Source: Chlorokybus atmophyticus (Eukaryota; Plantae; Mesostigma and Chlorokybus algae). From it: a stretch of 64,000 nucleotides of DNA. How positions within the stretch are numbered: position 1 is the stretch's first letter; every line of letters starts with the position of its first letter. Position numbers and translations under genes: made by a program. The notes beneath the pieces are model-generated. The model had not been told where the DNA came from and did not search any database. It was given only the letters and a program-made list of their open reading frames with translations. The stretch spans positions 50,290 to 114,289 of the forward strand of contig RHPI01000401.1 in the NCBI GenBank assembly GCA_009103225.1, written 5' to 3'. This document shows positions 37,261-48,393 of the stretch, one piece after another.

Positions 37261-38105
37261 TTATGGAGCAAAGCATATCATCAATAACCACACCATGCTG
37301 TTCTGGTCCATTGCGCGTCCCAACAATTGACATTGCTTAATGTCGGCTAGCTTGGAATCTGTGATATTGCCTGGAGAATCCCATGGCGCATTCGCGCTCA
37401 CGTGCGTTGGGTTCCTTCAGTTGGCTTGTGTTGGAATCCAACACCATGCCTTTGCCTTAGTTGCGGAAGGCGTATGATCCTTGGGAAGACACCAGAGTAG
37501 GGAAGACGACGTGGTTGACCGGGCTGATTGCACGGGTAGAAGTGATGGTGATCGTGTCGCGTGACTGGTTGTGCTCTGCGCTCAGGGTCTAGAATAGCGT
37601 CGACAGTGAGATCCCATGGACGACTGCTGTGTAGATATACAGCAAAGAGATCCTCGACTGTAGCTAGGTTGGTCCACTTGGCGCGGATGCGATGAGCACG
37701 GAAGCCATGACGCGCTGCGTTGATTTTCAGAGGATGTCCCAATAAAGAAACAAACCTGTTGAAAGCTGTTGGCCACGTGATGGCGCTTATCGTCCTTGGA
37801 GTGCACATTCTCGATGATGTATCCCGGAGGCCTGGACAGCTGGTTGCTCTGCAGGATTTTTACGACACGCATCAGTTCCCTGAACAGTCGCGAGCGAGGA
37901 TCAGCGAGTCCTTGGCCTCTGCCTGCTATTGAATATCCTTAACACTCCCATCCTTTTATCAGCCGGTTGATGTTGCCCACCGCCAGGAGGTGATCCGCGC
38001 TGATCCGACGGATGTCCTGTGGCAGTGCCTTCAGGCTGTCTTGCAGCGCCGATATCGGCAGCCGCTGCGGGTAGCATTTGCGTAGGTGACGCAGGTGGTG
38101 GTACT
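37261..38105 (-). pseudogene. C5 cytosine DNA methyltransferase catalytic domain in the Gypsy pol (motif I lost)
   Basis: LPQDIRRI (III), GWEC*GYSIAGRGQGLADPRSRLF (IV), YIIENV (VI), AHRIRAKWTNL (VIII), EPNARERECAMGF (IX), QLLGRAMDQN (X). TAA stops and about 3 frameshifts. Confidence 0.9.
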
Positions 38106-38674
38106 GAATAGAAGGGCTGTACCGACTTGAGATTTTGGAGGTCCACGAACTCACAGGCAGATTAGTTACTAGAAGTCCAGGAAATTAAGCTTTTTATTAA
38201 AAAGGGGTTTACCGATTTGAGATCTTGGAGGTCCAATAACCCACATGCAAATTATTTATTGGACTTTTCAGATCTCAGGCATGGAGCCTGATATACTGTG
38301 TTGCTGAAGTGCTATCAACGCAATCCTGTATAGACAATAAACTCCAACACCTCAAGGTGTATCAAAGGGCTTTAGGTGAGTTTCTGAGCACTCACGCCTA
38401 CTTACTACCAGAATTACAGCAGAGTGTCTCCATGTGAATGTTGCTGATGTATGCGAATTGCTGCATGAGGGATGTGCGTGTGTGGACAATACATGCTGAC
38501 TATGTATGCAACAAGTGCCCGCGCCCCTGCTACAGTAAGCTGTGCTTATCATGCGTGCCACACAACACATAAATAGTCATATGTTGTGTGTGCAACTTGC
38601 AGGATACAAAGTGCAATTGTGCAACAGCATCTGTGCAGCTGCAACTTTGTACCTGCAACATTGCAGCTATGCAA

Positions 38675-40420
38675 CATCGCAAACTTTACAGGACGACTGA
38701 TTAAGCACCGAGGGACTGACGGGTGCCTGAGCCTGCCTAAGCCTGCCTGCCGCTGCCTGCACTGTTACTTTTGAACTGTTGGGAAGGCGTTAGCGTACGT
38801 GGACTAATGCAGACGGCTGCGGGCCGAAAGTAGTTGTCAATGGCACTAGCCGGCCGAGAGTTGTCAACTAGTTACCCTTTGGCGGATGTGTACAGACGGC
38901 CGTTAGCCGGTAGTTACAGACAGCTAACAGCAATAGTTGGCATTTTCTTTGCCATTATATTGTTGTTAATATGTGACCCTTATCGTTTGACAAAAGTTGG
39001 CAATTCTTGCCGTAAGCGAACACTAACATGCCATGCAGTGTGCAAACCTTGGACTGATTGTTTGATCTGGCAACTATAAGCCCACAATCTATACAACGTG
39101 CCGGCAGTTGTGAGAGTATGTCCACTTGCAACTAAGCAGCCGACTTGCGCATGAAACCGTTTCATGAGTGCGACAACCAGACTTAATGTTTTAGGTTGTC
39201 ACTACCTACAACATTGAGTCTGGTTGTCGCACTCATGAAACGCTTATCAACCCGTGGTGCCTGCCTCTAAACTCCTCCTGTTCCTCCTTTAATAAGTCTT
39301 CTGCTTTAACATCGGAGTCATCTTCCTCTGCTGCCTCGCTCGCTGACAATACAGCGGCTACTTTATCCATCAGCTTGAAAGTCAGCACCTTACCGTGCAC
39401 GCGCATGCGCTTGATGTTCGCTTTGAGAGTGACCATCTGCATTTGGTACTGCTGTAAGAGTGGCGTGCTGCCAGAGGACTAGCCCATCAGCATACACATG
39501 CTTACCTTGTCTTCCGCTTTGTTGCACTCCGTTGGGCAGACAGTCAGCCTGCCGCGCTGCTCGCATTTCACTCTGATCAACATGGCAATCTGCAAGCATA
39601 CTGCTTAATATTGCCGCTGGAAACATTGAACTAGTTCATGGATTACCCGTTCGTGGTACTCCGCAGCTTCTCTTTTGCGATTTGTCAGCTTTCGCAAGTA
39701 GAAATAGGCTGTGCATTTACGAAATTGGTCATGCTGTTCATGTGCGTGACACTAGAGGGTGTGCATGAGGGTGTGCATGTGGTATTGACAGTGTATGTCA
39801 TGTGCAAGATACTAGAGGCTGTGCATGTGCAAGATAAAAGAACCCTAGCATGTGGCATTGACAGTGCATTGTAACCCACCTTGGTTATGCCAGTCTTGTT
39901 TGGTCCCTTCAATCATGTCGCCGTGGTCACAGCTGCTGGTGGGTTGGATGTGTTTAGATGCAGTATTGTGGTGTGCCTTTGCCCACTCTGAGGGGGAGCC
40001 CTTTAAGATATCGCCTAAGTCACTGTTGTCATTAGCTGTGCCCTTGGCAGGCATGGTGGGGTTTAACACCAAGGACACCCCATCGGCACCTTGCCCGCCG
40101 TACGAACATGGGCTTCATCCCGAACCTCGACCACAACGCGCACTACGCCCCTGGCAGCGCCGCTAACAATGCACCGAACGCCACATACCCTCGCCATCAA
40201 CGCCCTGTAAGGGCATAGCTTGGCGGAACCACCAATGGTGTTTTCATGCGCAGGGATTGGCATTGCCAGCACTTGTCAATGGTACGAATTGCCATCGCCA
40301 CTATACAAAGATACCATTGACATAGTACCTTTTGGCAAAGGCATCTTCGTACCATTGAAACGGTTTAATGATATTAATGCAAACTCACCCCACCCTGGAC
40401 GTGCAATGGCTCGACCGTAC
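38675..40420. mobile_element. Left arm of a probable Plavaka-type element (shares the CGTCGCAAA terminus) with a degenerate minus-strand unknown gene (about 39233-40080)
   Basis: catcgcaaactttacaggacgactga...agggactgacgggtgcctga matches the left end of the 7317 and 40423 elements, with GACGGC repeats. Continues at 45032 after the nested insertion. Confidence 0.6.
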
Positions 40421-40994
40421 CACGTCGCAAGTTTTACATGGTGACTGACAAGGGACTGAGGGACTGACGGGTGCCTGACCCTGCCTGACCCTACCTGACG
40501 TAACGAATTGGTCCATAAAGGGACTTTTTGGGACGGCCGTTACTATCAAGCAACGTCTACCGACGGCAAGCGGTCGACCAATAAGTACAATCGACGGCAG
40601 CCTGCCTGTGACGGCAACACCGCACAATAAGGTGACGGCCGATTGTCAATCGTCCCATTTGCGCGATGGCGTTGTATCTGTATAGCAGATAAGTCACGTT
40701 GTGGTCACATATAGTGACGGCCAACGGTCGTACCCTGACCGTCAAAAAGTATGCACGACGGCCTGCCTACTTTGGCAAGCCAGTCGCCGTTAGTCCCTAT
40801 CAAGTGACCCTATCGCGTTTATTAAGTGACGGCCGATCCCCGGTCGTGCACTTAGCGCGGCGGCGACCTACTTAATGTGTGTCAAGCATGGCAAGCAAGT
40901 GACCGCCGGTCTTTAAATGTCAGCAAGTCGGGACGGTGGTATCGGCCAGCAAGACGAGACGCGGGTACAATGCAGCCGCCGTACTATGTTAATA

Positions 40995-43900
40995 CAGTCT
41001 AACGTCGATAAGTGCATACCATCGGGAACAGGCGTTCTTATGCACTTATCAAGTTTATGTTACTATCGCTAAGTGCATAAAATATGCACATATAGCCAGC
41101 GTAAGTGCATAACTTATGCACTTATCAAGTGCAAACAGTATTTGAACTGTACGCTTCATTTCAATAGATATCAATCAATTTATACGTTTGTATATGATGG
41201 TGTGCGAGCATTTATATGGGTGTCGCGTCACGTCATTATCATGAGCTCGCGCAATGTCTACAATAGCATCATTAGGCAGCATATTGACTTCGTTACTAAT
41301 TACACGTGTGCAAAGTTCCGCATGGAGTTGCAGTCTACATGCATGGTATACATATACTTATTTGCATATTTACTCATCAATCACAATATGAGAGGTGCTG
41401 GGACGTGCGTTGCTATCTACATGCATACCACAATCAGCAGCAGCAGAGTCTACATCAACATCTACATCGATGTTTCTACAATGCATGAAGTGTGTCATGC
41501 GTGTCTGGCGCACTTGACGACCAAAAAGCCGCAAGTGTGTCATCTTGGTGATAAGCTTGTGGATCATCAGCTGCTCCACCTCCGTAAACTCTTCACCGTT
41601 CTCGCCGGCCATGTACTTGTCCGCATTGCCGAGGCCTTCAATGGCATCATGCATCGTCACACGCACAGGCTCCTCCTCATCGAAGTTAATGCCATCATCT
41701 GCATAATACACTTACTAAGAGATTCAACAAGTTGCAATAAAAACAGATGCTTGCGATTTGCTTACACACCGTCTATTATGTCGACTGCAGCCTCCACCGG
41801 TGCCCCAACCGCAGCAAGGATATCTTGGTCGCTGCGCCCAGCATGTGTAGCCAGATGATCATCCGCAACCACGAAGTCAGTTGCTGTTGGCAGATCAGAT
41901 GATGGAATTGGTAAGCGAGGCAGCATAGCTTCCAATTGACCTGTGGCTTGTGCTGTAGCTTCATCTGTGCTTGTTGTCGTCGCCCCTTTAAACCACTCAG
42001 GTGGGCAGATGCCACTTTTCCGCCAGCAATTGCTAATCGAAGTGTCCTTGATCTCGGCCCATGCTGCTTTTAACCAGATAATGGCGTCACGAACATCAAC
42101 TCTGACTTTGGAGATTTCAGTATAAGCTCTTGCTTCGTAGCAATCAAGCAAATGCATCACCAGCTTTTGCTTGTACCTGGCATGCACATAAATAGTTAGC
42201 AAAAGATGACACTAAGACTAGCACACAGACGCACGCAAACAGAACACACACATGCACGCCCCAGCACACGGACACACAAGCACACATGCCAACACAACTG
42301 CACACGGACACACAAGCATACACAAACACACATGCAAACAGAACTGCACATGGACACACAAGCACACACATGCACGCACACTCACGCACGCATGCACCCC
42401 ACACACGCATGCAAAAGCATGCACATGCCAGCACGCACACACACAACACATACCTAGCTTTAAAGGCTGCAATAATCCCCGCATCCATTGGTTGGATGAC
42501 AGATGTTGTGTTTGCCGGAAGGAACAATGCAGTGACGTTGGACAACTCCAGCCCCTTGAAGGTGGTAATCTTCACTTCTGTTGCATGCATGCATGCATGC
42601 ATGCAAGCAAGAGTTGTCAAGCAACAAGATAACCTTGCGCTTCTGTAGCTTCATATCAAAGTTGAATTGCGTAAGCCATCGGCTGAACACCTGCAGCAGT
42701 CAAGAGGATATAAGCTCAACTAAGCTAACTCACAACACAAGTTGCACAATGCAAATGGCAGCTACCTGGCTGGTCATCCATGCTATGTCATTGTACTCGT
42801 ATTCAACATTGATTTGAATGGGAGTCCAACGACCAAAGCAACGTGGCTTCATTGCGGTGCCGATGAACAAAAGAGGCCGCTTCTCTGTGCCACTTGCGTT
42901 GCTACACAAAGCAAGTGTGCAGCGAGCCTTTTGTTTCTTGAATCCCCTAACATGAGCTCCCACCAGACCGAGAGTGCGGCTAGGGCGTGCTCTATAAAAC
43001 AACCCAGTTTCATCCATGTTGAATACATCATTGGGAGAGTATTCGGCAAGCAAGATGGGTAACTCACAGCGAGATACTTCTATCCCTTCGATGTCTGCAT
43101 ATGCTGCTTCACCATGCAGTGCAAACGAGCGAATGCCGCGACGCTGCTTGAAGTTGCACAACTACCCTGCAGACACCTTAAACAACTCTGGCAACTTCAT
43201 GAGTTTGTGAAACTTCAAGGCCTGTGCCTTCAACAGTACATTTGTCAAGGGGCTGTTTGCAGCAGTAACATCACTAAACCACTCATAGAGTGCTGCTTCT
43301 AACAGAGGGAACTGTGCAGGCCGGAGTCTTGTAACATCTGCTACAAGAAGGCCTCCGTCTACTACAGCTTGTTCAAATCAGCGTTTTTCAACAGCCGAGA
43401 TAAAGCGGATTGCGTGATGTCAATACCCAACTCCTGTTTGATTAATTGAATCTTCTCTGCCTGCTTTGCAACTGCATGCTCCTTGCACAGGTCCACAATG
43501 CCCTTCTTGTCGGCTAAACTAAATGTTTTGTGCTTAAGCTTTTTCTCTATTGCGGCCATCTACAAATGCACAACAATCAGCAACAATATCATACAACAGC
43601 ACTGTGAGTGTAGCACAGTTTGATAGTATCGCCCTGTGAAGACACTGTGCAGGAAATCAGTGACGCCATGTTGTGACTGTCTTACCTTATTGTCGCCACT
43701 CCTGCGCCACAAAGCACACAACCAGACCCCCCATCACCGTCACCGCCGCCGCCGCCGCCGCCGCCCCCAGCTACAACGGCGTCCAGGTCGCTGCGCCGGC
43801 GGCAGACAAGCCCTAATTCGCCTGCGAAACCCTAATTGACCTCGATAAGTGCATAAGCACACTAGAATATGGGTCTCATATAAAATGCACTTATCGATGA

Positions 43901-44014
43901 GTGCATATGCGCTTAGCGAACATGCATTACCCCTAAGGACGTCGGTGACAGCGAAAAATATGCACATAACGCGGATATGCACTTATCAAATATGCATTTA
44001 TCGAGGTTAGACGA
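40995..44014 (-). mobile_element. pogo/Tigger-like DNA transposon (3020 bp, TA TSD)
   Basis: TA|CAGTCTAACGTCGATAAGTGCATA ... TATGCATTTATCGAGGTTAGACGA|TA: 24-bp imperfect TIRs with subterminal ATAAGTGCAT repeats. Confidence 0.92.
41370..43559 (-). pseudogene. pogo/Tigger transposase (HTH plus DDE_1-type domain), intron-containing, disabled
   Basis: SQSALSRLLK-like HTH, LEAALYEWF, FKQRRGIR, VFNMDETGLFY, AWMTS, ILLLDN, TSVIQPMDAGIIAAFKARY, ISNCWRKSGI. Frameshifts, including at (TGCA)6. TG-rich intron at about 42180-42450. Confidence 0.92.
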
Positions 44015-45114
44015 TAGTACCAACAATACCATTGTCGCAATGGCACCATCGTACCATACTGATGGTACGATAGTGCCATTGCGACAATAGTACTTTCGTA
44101 CCATTATAATAATACGATAGTGCCGTTGCGAGTCACGTTTCGACAACGTGTTTGAATAACTTGGGCTGCCCAAGTTATTCAAACGCTCAACGGCTTCAAG
44201 TTGAACAGAGCGTTAGCGGCAGCGGCGGCAACGGCAACGGCTAACAGTAGGTGAGCTTGGTTGCTGTCTGACGTTGTACTACGCGCAACACCGCATGCCA
44301 TCTAACCACGCTCCTTGCCTTGGAGCGGCCAGGCCAGGCCAGGCTAGGTCAGACCAGACCAGGCGGCGGCAGCGGGGCGGAGAAGGAACGGCGGCGGTGG
44401 AGCTGGAGCGGGCGGTGCAGGAGCCGCAGCTCAGTACAAGGGTAGTACTAGCAGTAGTACCTAGGGTAGTAGTAGCAGTAGTGGTAGTGGTAGCAGTAGT
44501 GGTAGTCTAGTCGTGGTAGCAGTAGTGGTAGTCCAGTCGTACTAGCAGTAGCTCAGAATATTACATTTTAGTTTTTTTTTAATTATTGATTTTTTTGTTT
44601 TTTATTATTTGTCACGCATTCTTGCACAGCTAATGACGACAATCACGTGTGACACCTAATTATAAATGAGCGATACCAGCAGGTACTTTTGAAGGTACAC
44701 ATCATTAACGGTAGGTACCTGACAACCTTAAGGTACCTGACAATTTTGCTCAGTTAGCGTACAGTCGCTGGTACCTAACTGATAGATACCTATTGATTAC
44801 CTGTTAGTTAGGTCAAGTCCCCTTTGCTTAACTGTTGAGTACCTGACAGGTACCTATTCATTAGGGTCAATCCCTTTATGCAGACGGCCGCCAACCAATG
44901 GTGACGGCCGTTATGCTCAGGTCCCTGTATCGAGATCGCCGATAGACTGAAGGTCGACAGTCTCACGAATATCCTCGGGTGCACGGCCGTTGTTAATATT
45001 CAGTCGGCCGGTAGGGGAAATAAATGCAACGCATAGTAATGGTACGACGGAGTCGTCACGCCAGTAAATGGCGGCCAAGTTTCTCGCCTCTGGCATGCAA
45101 GGGTAGCGGCGGCG

Positions 45115-47242
45115 GTGCGTGTTGCTGGATTTGATGATGCAGGTTACATTGGTAGCACCTGTGTCGACGTCAGTAGTGAGCTATGGGAGCCCTTTGTCTA
45201 TATTGCCACACGCAGCTCGGACTTCATGCACATTGTTAGCAGCAGGGCGTGCAAGCAAATTAAGCTGTATGTCGGCCAGCGTCCATTACATTACGATGCG
45301 GATCATGTTGAACTGGGGAGTTTGATCCAGGATGCGCACATGCTTGATGCTAAAGGACCCCTCCAGGAGACACACGCACAGGAGCAAAAGGAGGAGGAGG
45401 AAGTGAACGAGGGCTTTCGATGTGTGCGTGTGCCTCGGAAACCACGCCAACATGAAAGTGCAGGCGTCCGTTCCTTTGCACGCGTTTGAAACCAGGTGGT
45501 ATGGCTCGGAGCATGCTCTTGCGGTGGCATTTGTACAGTGCAACGACGGCCAAGGCCTGTCGGACTCCGACATGGGGTGAATCATCAAGTGCATCCGAAA
45601 TGCACATTTTCTTACCGAAGAGCTCCAGTGGGAGACCGGTGTGCATGTGGCCAGCTACTTCCGGACCACAATTGCTAGCTCTCAGTCGGAGGTGTGTTCA
45701 CGGTGTGCGGTGCATGTGCTTCAACCATCAAAGCCATGTCACATATGCACATGCGAGTGTGCTGCCATATCAAAACTACGTGACGGCTGACCTGCGCAAG
45801 CCTGGGAACCCTGAGGATCATGACATCAGCGCCACATATATGCCGGTCAAGGTCTGTGAAATGCAATAGAAATGCAAACTTATGCAGTATTTAATCTGAG
45901 GCCAAAATGGCTATTAATGCTCTTGGTTGTAGCTGGTATGGCTCGCGTGGTTGTATGGCAATCCGCATGCAGCTGATGGCTTAAACTTTCAGTACAGTGG
46001 TGACGAGCACAGCTTTGGCCATCCTTCCACGGGCGATTAATGGAAGGATGTTGAGGTGGATTGGAGGAGAGAGGTGGAGGAAGCGTCCTACTTGGCGTCT
46101 GCCATTTTGTACAATGACAAGACCACGCTGGACAGCGTGGGCAAGCGCTCTGGCTACCATCTGATGGCATCGCTTGCCAACTACAGTTGGGACATGTATA
46201 ATAGCAACATGGGGGTTGTTATGATAGCGCTTCTGCCAGTGGTTCACGCAGTGGCCGGGCATTCCACCTGGGCGCAGGGCAAGGAATCGTTCCTAATTCA
46301 AAAATGTGAGATTCTTCATGACGCTTTGAATGTAGTGTTAGGGGATGTGAAGTGGGCGCGCTGGGAAGGTCTGCAGCTCATCGACCCGAATGGCATCGAA
46401 CGTCGTGTGTTTCCCGCTCTTACAAACTACATCAGCGACTTGCAGGTATTGGGCATGCATGGTTGTAATCGGATGCAGCCCGACGGCAAACAGTGCATGG
46501 AGGATGTTGTCGGTGGAGCATATGAGTCTGTCGTATTGCAAGAGACTGCCACACTCACATGCACTGTGTCGGGCAACCAAATATGACATCCTTGTGATGT
46601 TTGTCTCGTCATCAATCAGATCTGTTGAAGATGAATGAAGACGCGGAATTGAGAACCGAGGCTTTCGACACACCCGCAATACGACAGCTGCGGGTGGACC
46701 TGCATAGCGGTGTTTGGAATGCACGCCAGACAGCTAAGGCTTGCAAAGAGCAGCACTCCATGCATGTCGAGGAGGTAATGGTCAAATTACCTGCATTCGT
46801 GAAGATGAATGGTTTTTCGTGTAAGTAGGCAATGTGGTTTGGCAATAGAATGCATTGTGAGGTTGGCGACAGTCGCGGATGCCGGGAGCTGACTGCTATT
46901 CTCGCCTTGCCCATGACGCAATGCATGTGCTGGAAGGCATCATTGACCATATACTTGTTGCTGTGTACGACGCTACGAAGAAACGCATGCGTCCATCCAC
47001 GAGACAAATTCATGCAGGCCAGACACATTCTTGGTGTTGCTTTTGTGTAAACACAAAAGCAAGCAACACGTGCTCACAAGCAAATGTGCACAGGCTGAAT
47101 GCATGCAAGGCGACTCTACGGGTTTTGCACTTTGAGGCACCCACAAGCACAGTAGATTTTTTCCTGTCGAACCACTCCCTTAAAATCGTGGAGAAAGTGG
47201 CGCAACTGCTGCCGGTCCTTGCAGACGGTTTGCTGCTTGACA
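45115..47242 (+). pseudogene. Plavaka-like (CMC-related) transposase, degenerate, interrupted at 47243
   Basis: HPSTGD*WK, AILYNDKTTL, YHLMASLAN, IALLP, GLQLIDPNGIERRVFPALTNYISD, HPCDVC and HDAMHVLEGIIDHI match the Plavaka pattern (SDKT, PDG..R..FP, AD, CPxC, DxLH). Confidence 0.75.
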
Positions 47243-48393
47243 CACACGGATTGACGTTCGGGGACCATGTATGGTCCTTCCACGGACCCCGCGGGCCATA
47301 CATGGTCCGTGCCCCGAGGACCACGAGTGCCTGGTCCCCGGGGGACGGACCGTCCATGGTCCTTTCGGGGCCCCGATACCTGGCGCGCAGTCGCGCACCA
47401 TACATGGTCCGCGGCCGGACCAGGTGATATACCGGTCCGATATGCCGTGAAAGTCCGGAACATGAATGGTTCGCAGCCGGACCAGGCATTTTCCCGGTCC
47501 GACTGTCAGTGGGTCTACGGACCATGCATGGTCCGGACTACATCAATGCTTGACCATATATGTTCCGGTAGATAACATCAAAGTGGCTGGTCCGGACCGG
47601 AATCATTGGGCGGACCATTGCTGGTGCACGCTGAGCTTATCGGTCACTTTTGACAAGCAGCACGCACCGTGCATGGTCTGCGGCTCATGAAAGCTCATAC
47701 AGGTCCACATTTTCGTAAGATGGCGGACCATTCATGGTCTTTAACCCAACCAGGCTCTTCCTAATCCGATTATCCGCGGGTAGGGACCATGCATGGTCGG
47801 TACCACATGGTTGCTGAACCATGCATGGTTCGAGGTTGGTCCTCACGTAAATGATTCCGGTTCGGCATATTATGTAATTACATGGAGTGAAGACTGGGCA
47901 GTCGCACCATGCATGGGCCACTACTGGCCACTACCGGCGCGACGGATGAAAAAAGAATGATCTGCAAATTATGGCAGTGGAGGATGTGCTCATTGACCCC
48001 GTTAGTGCATGCATTCGGACAAGTGAATGCATTGACAGGGTCAACCAGCACATCCCTCCCATTGCCATAAGATAGTATTTTGGGTATGTTCTCGAATATG
48101 ATACACGTCATAGCTGAGATTGCACGGACGCTGGGATACAACGTAGCCGAGCCTCATCTGATCGTCGATTCAAGCGTATCGAACGGTCGGCATATTCAAA
48201 TTACATGGAGTGAAGACTTGACAGTCGCACCGTGCATGGTGCGACTGTCGAGTCACGTGCATGGGCCAACAATAGGGTTCCTACCTACATGGTCTGCGTA
48301 ATAGGGTTGCGCTCAGAGAGGGAGCGGCGGCGCTCTGGTTGGTGGCGGCGGCCTCGTTGGCGGTGTCTTTGCTGGCAGAATCTAGCTGTACCA

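Larger units (their letters stand above)
40423..45031. mobile_element. Non-autonomous TIR element, copy 2 (TSD CA), containing a pogo insertion
   Basis: ca|cgtcgcaa ... atgcaacg|ca. Colinear with 7317-9266. The empty site reconstitutes the hairpin CGTACCA-tagtaa-TGGTACG. Confidence 0.85.

Noticed and set aside
38121-38235. 25-bp direct repeat 90 bp apart at the point where the DNMT is truncated
   Set aside because: The repeat is real but too short to assign. It probably belongs to an unidentified insertion remnant.
42144-42648. Cys/Val- and His/Thr-rich ORFs
   Set aside because: Translations of a TG/CA low-complexity intron in the pogo transposase.
47243-48300. GGACC/GGTCC palindromic arrays as CRISPR or novel repeat-spacer arrays (also 11060-11340, 13130-13380)
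   Set aside because: Irregular spacing, no constant repeat length, a eukaryotic context and location next to CACAC TIRs identify them as CACTA subterminal repeats.
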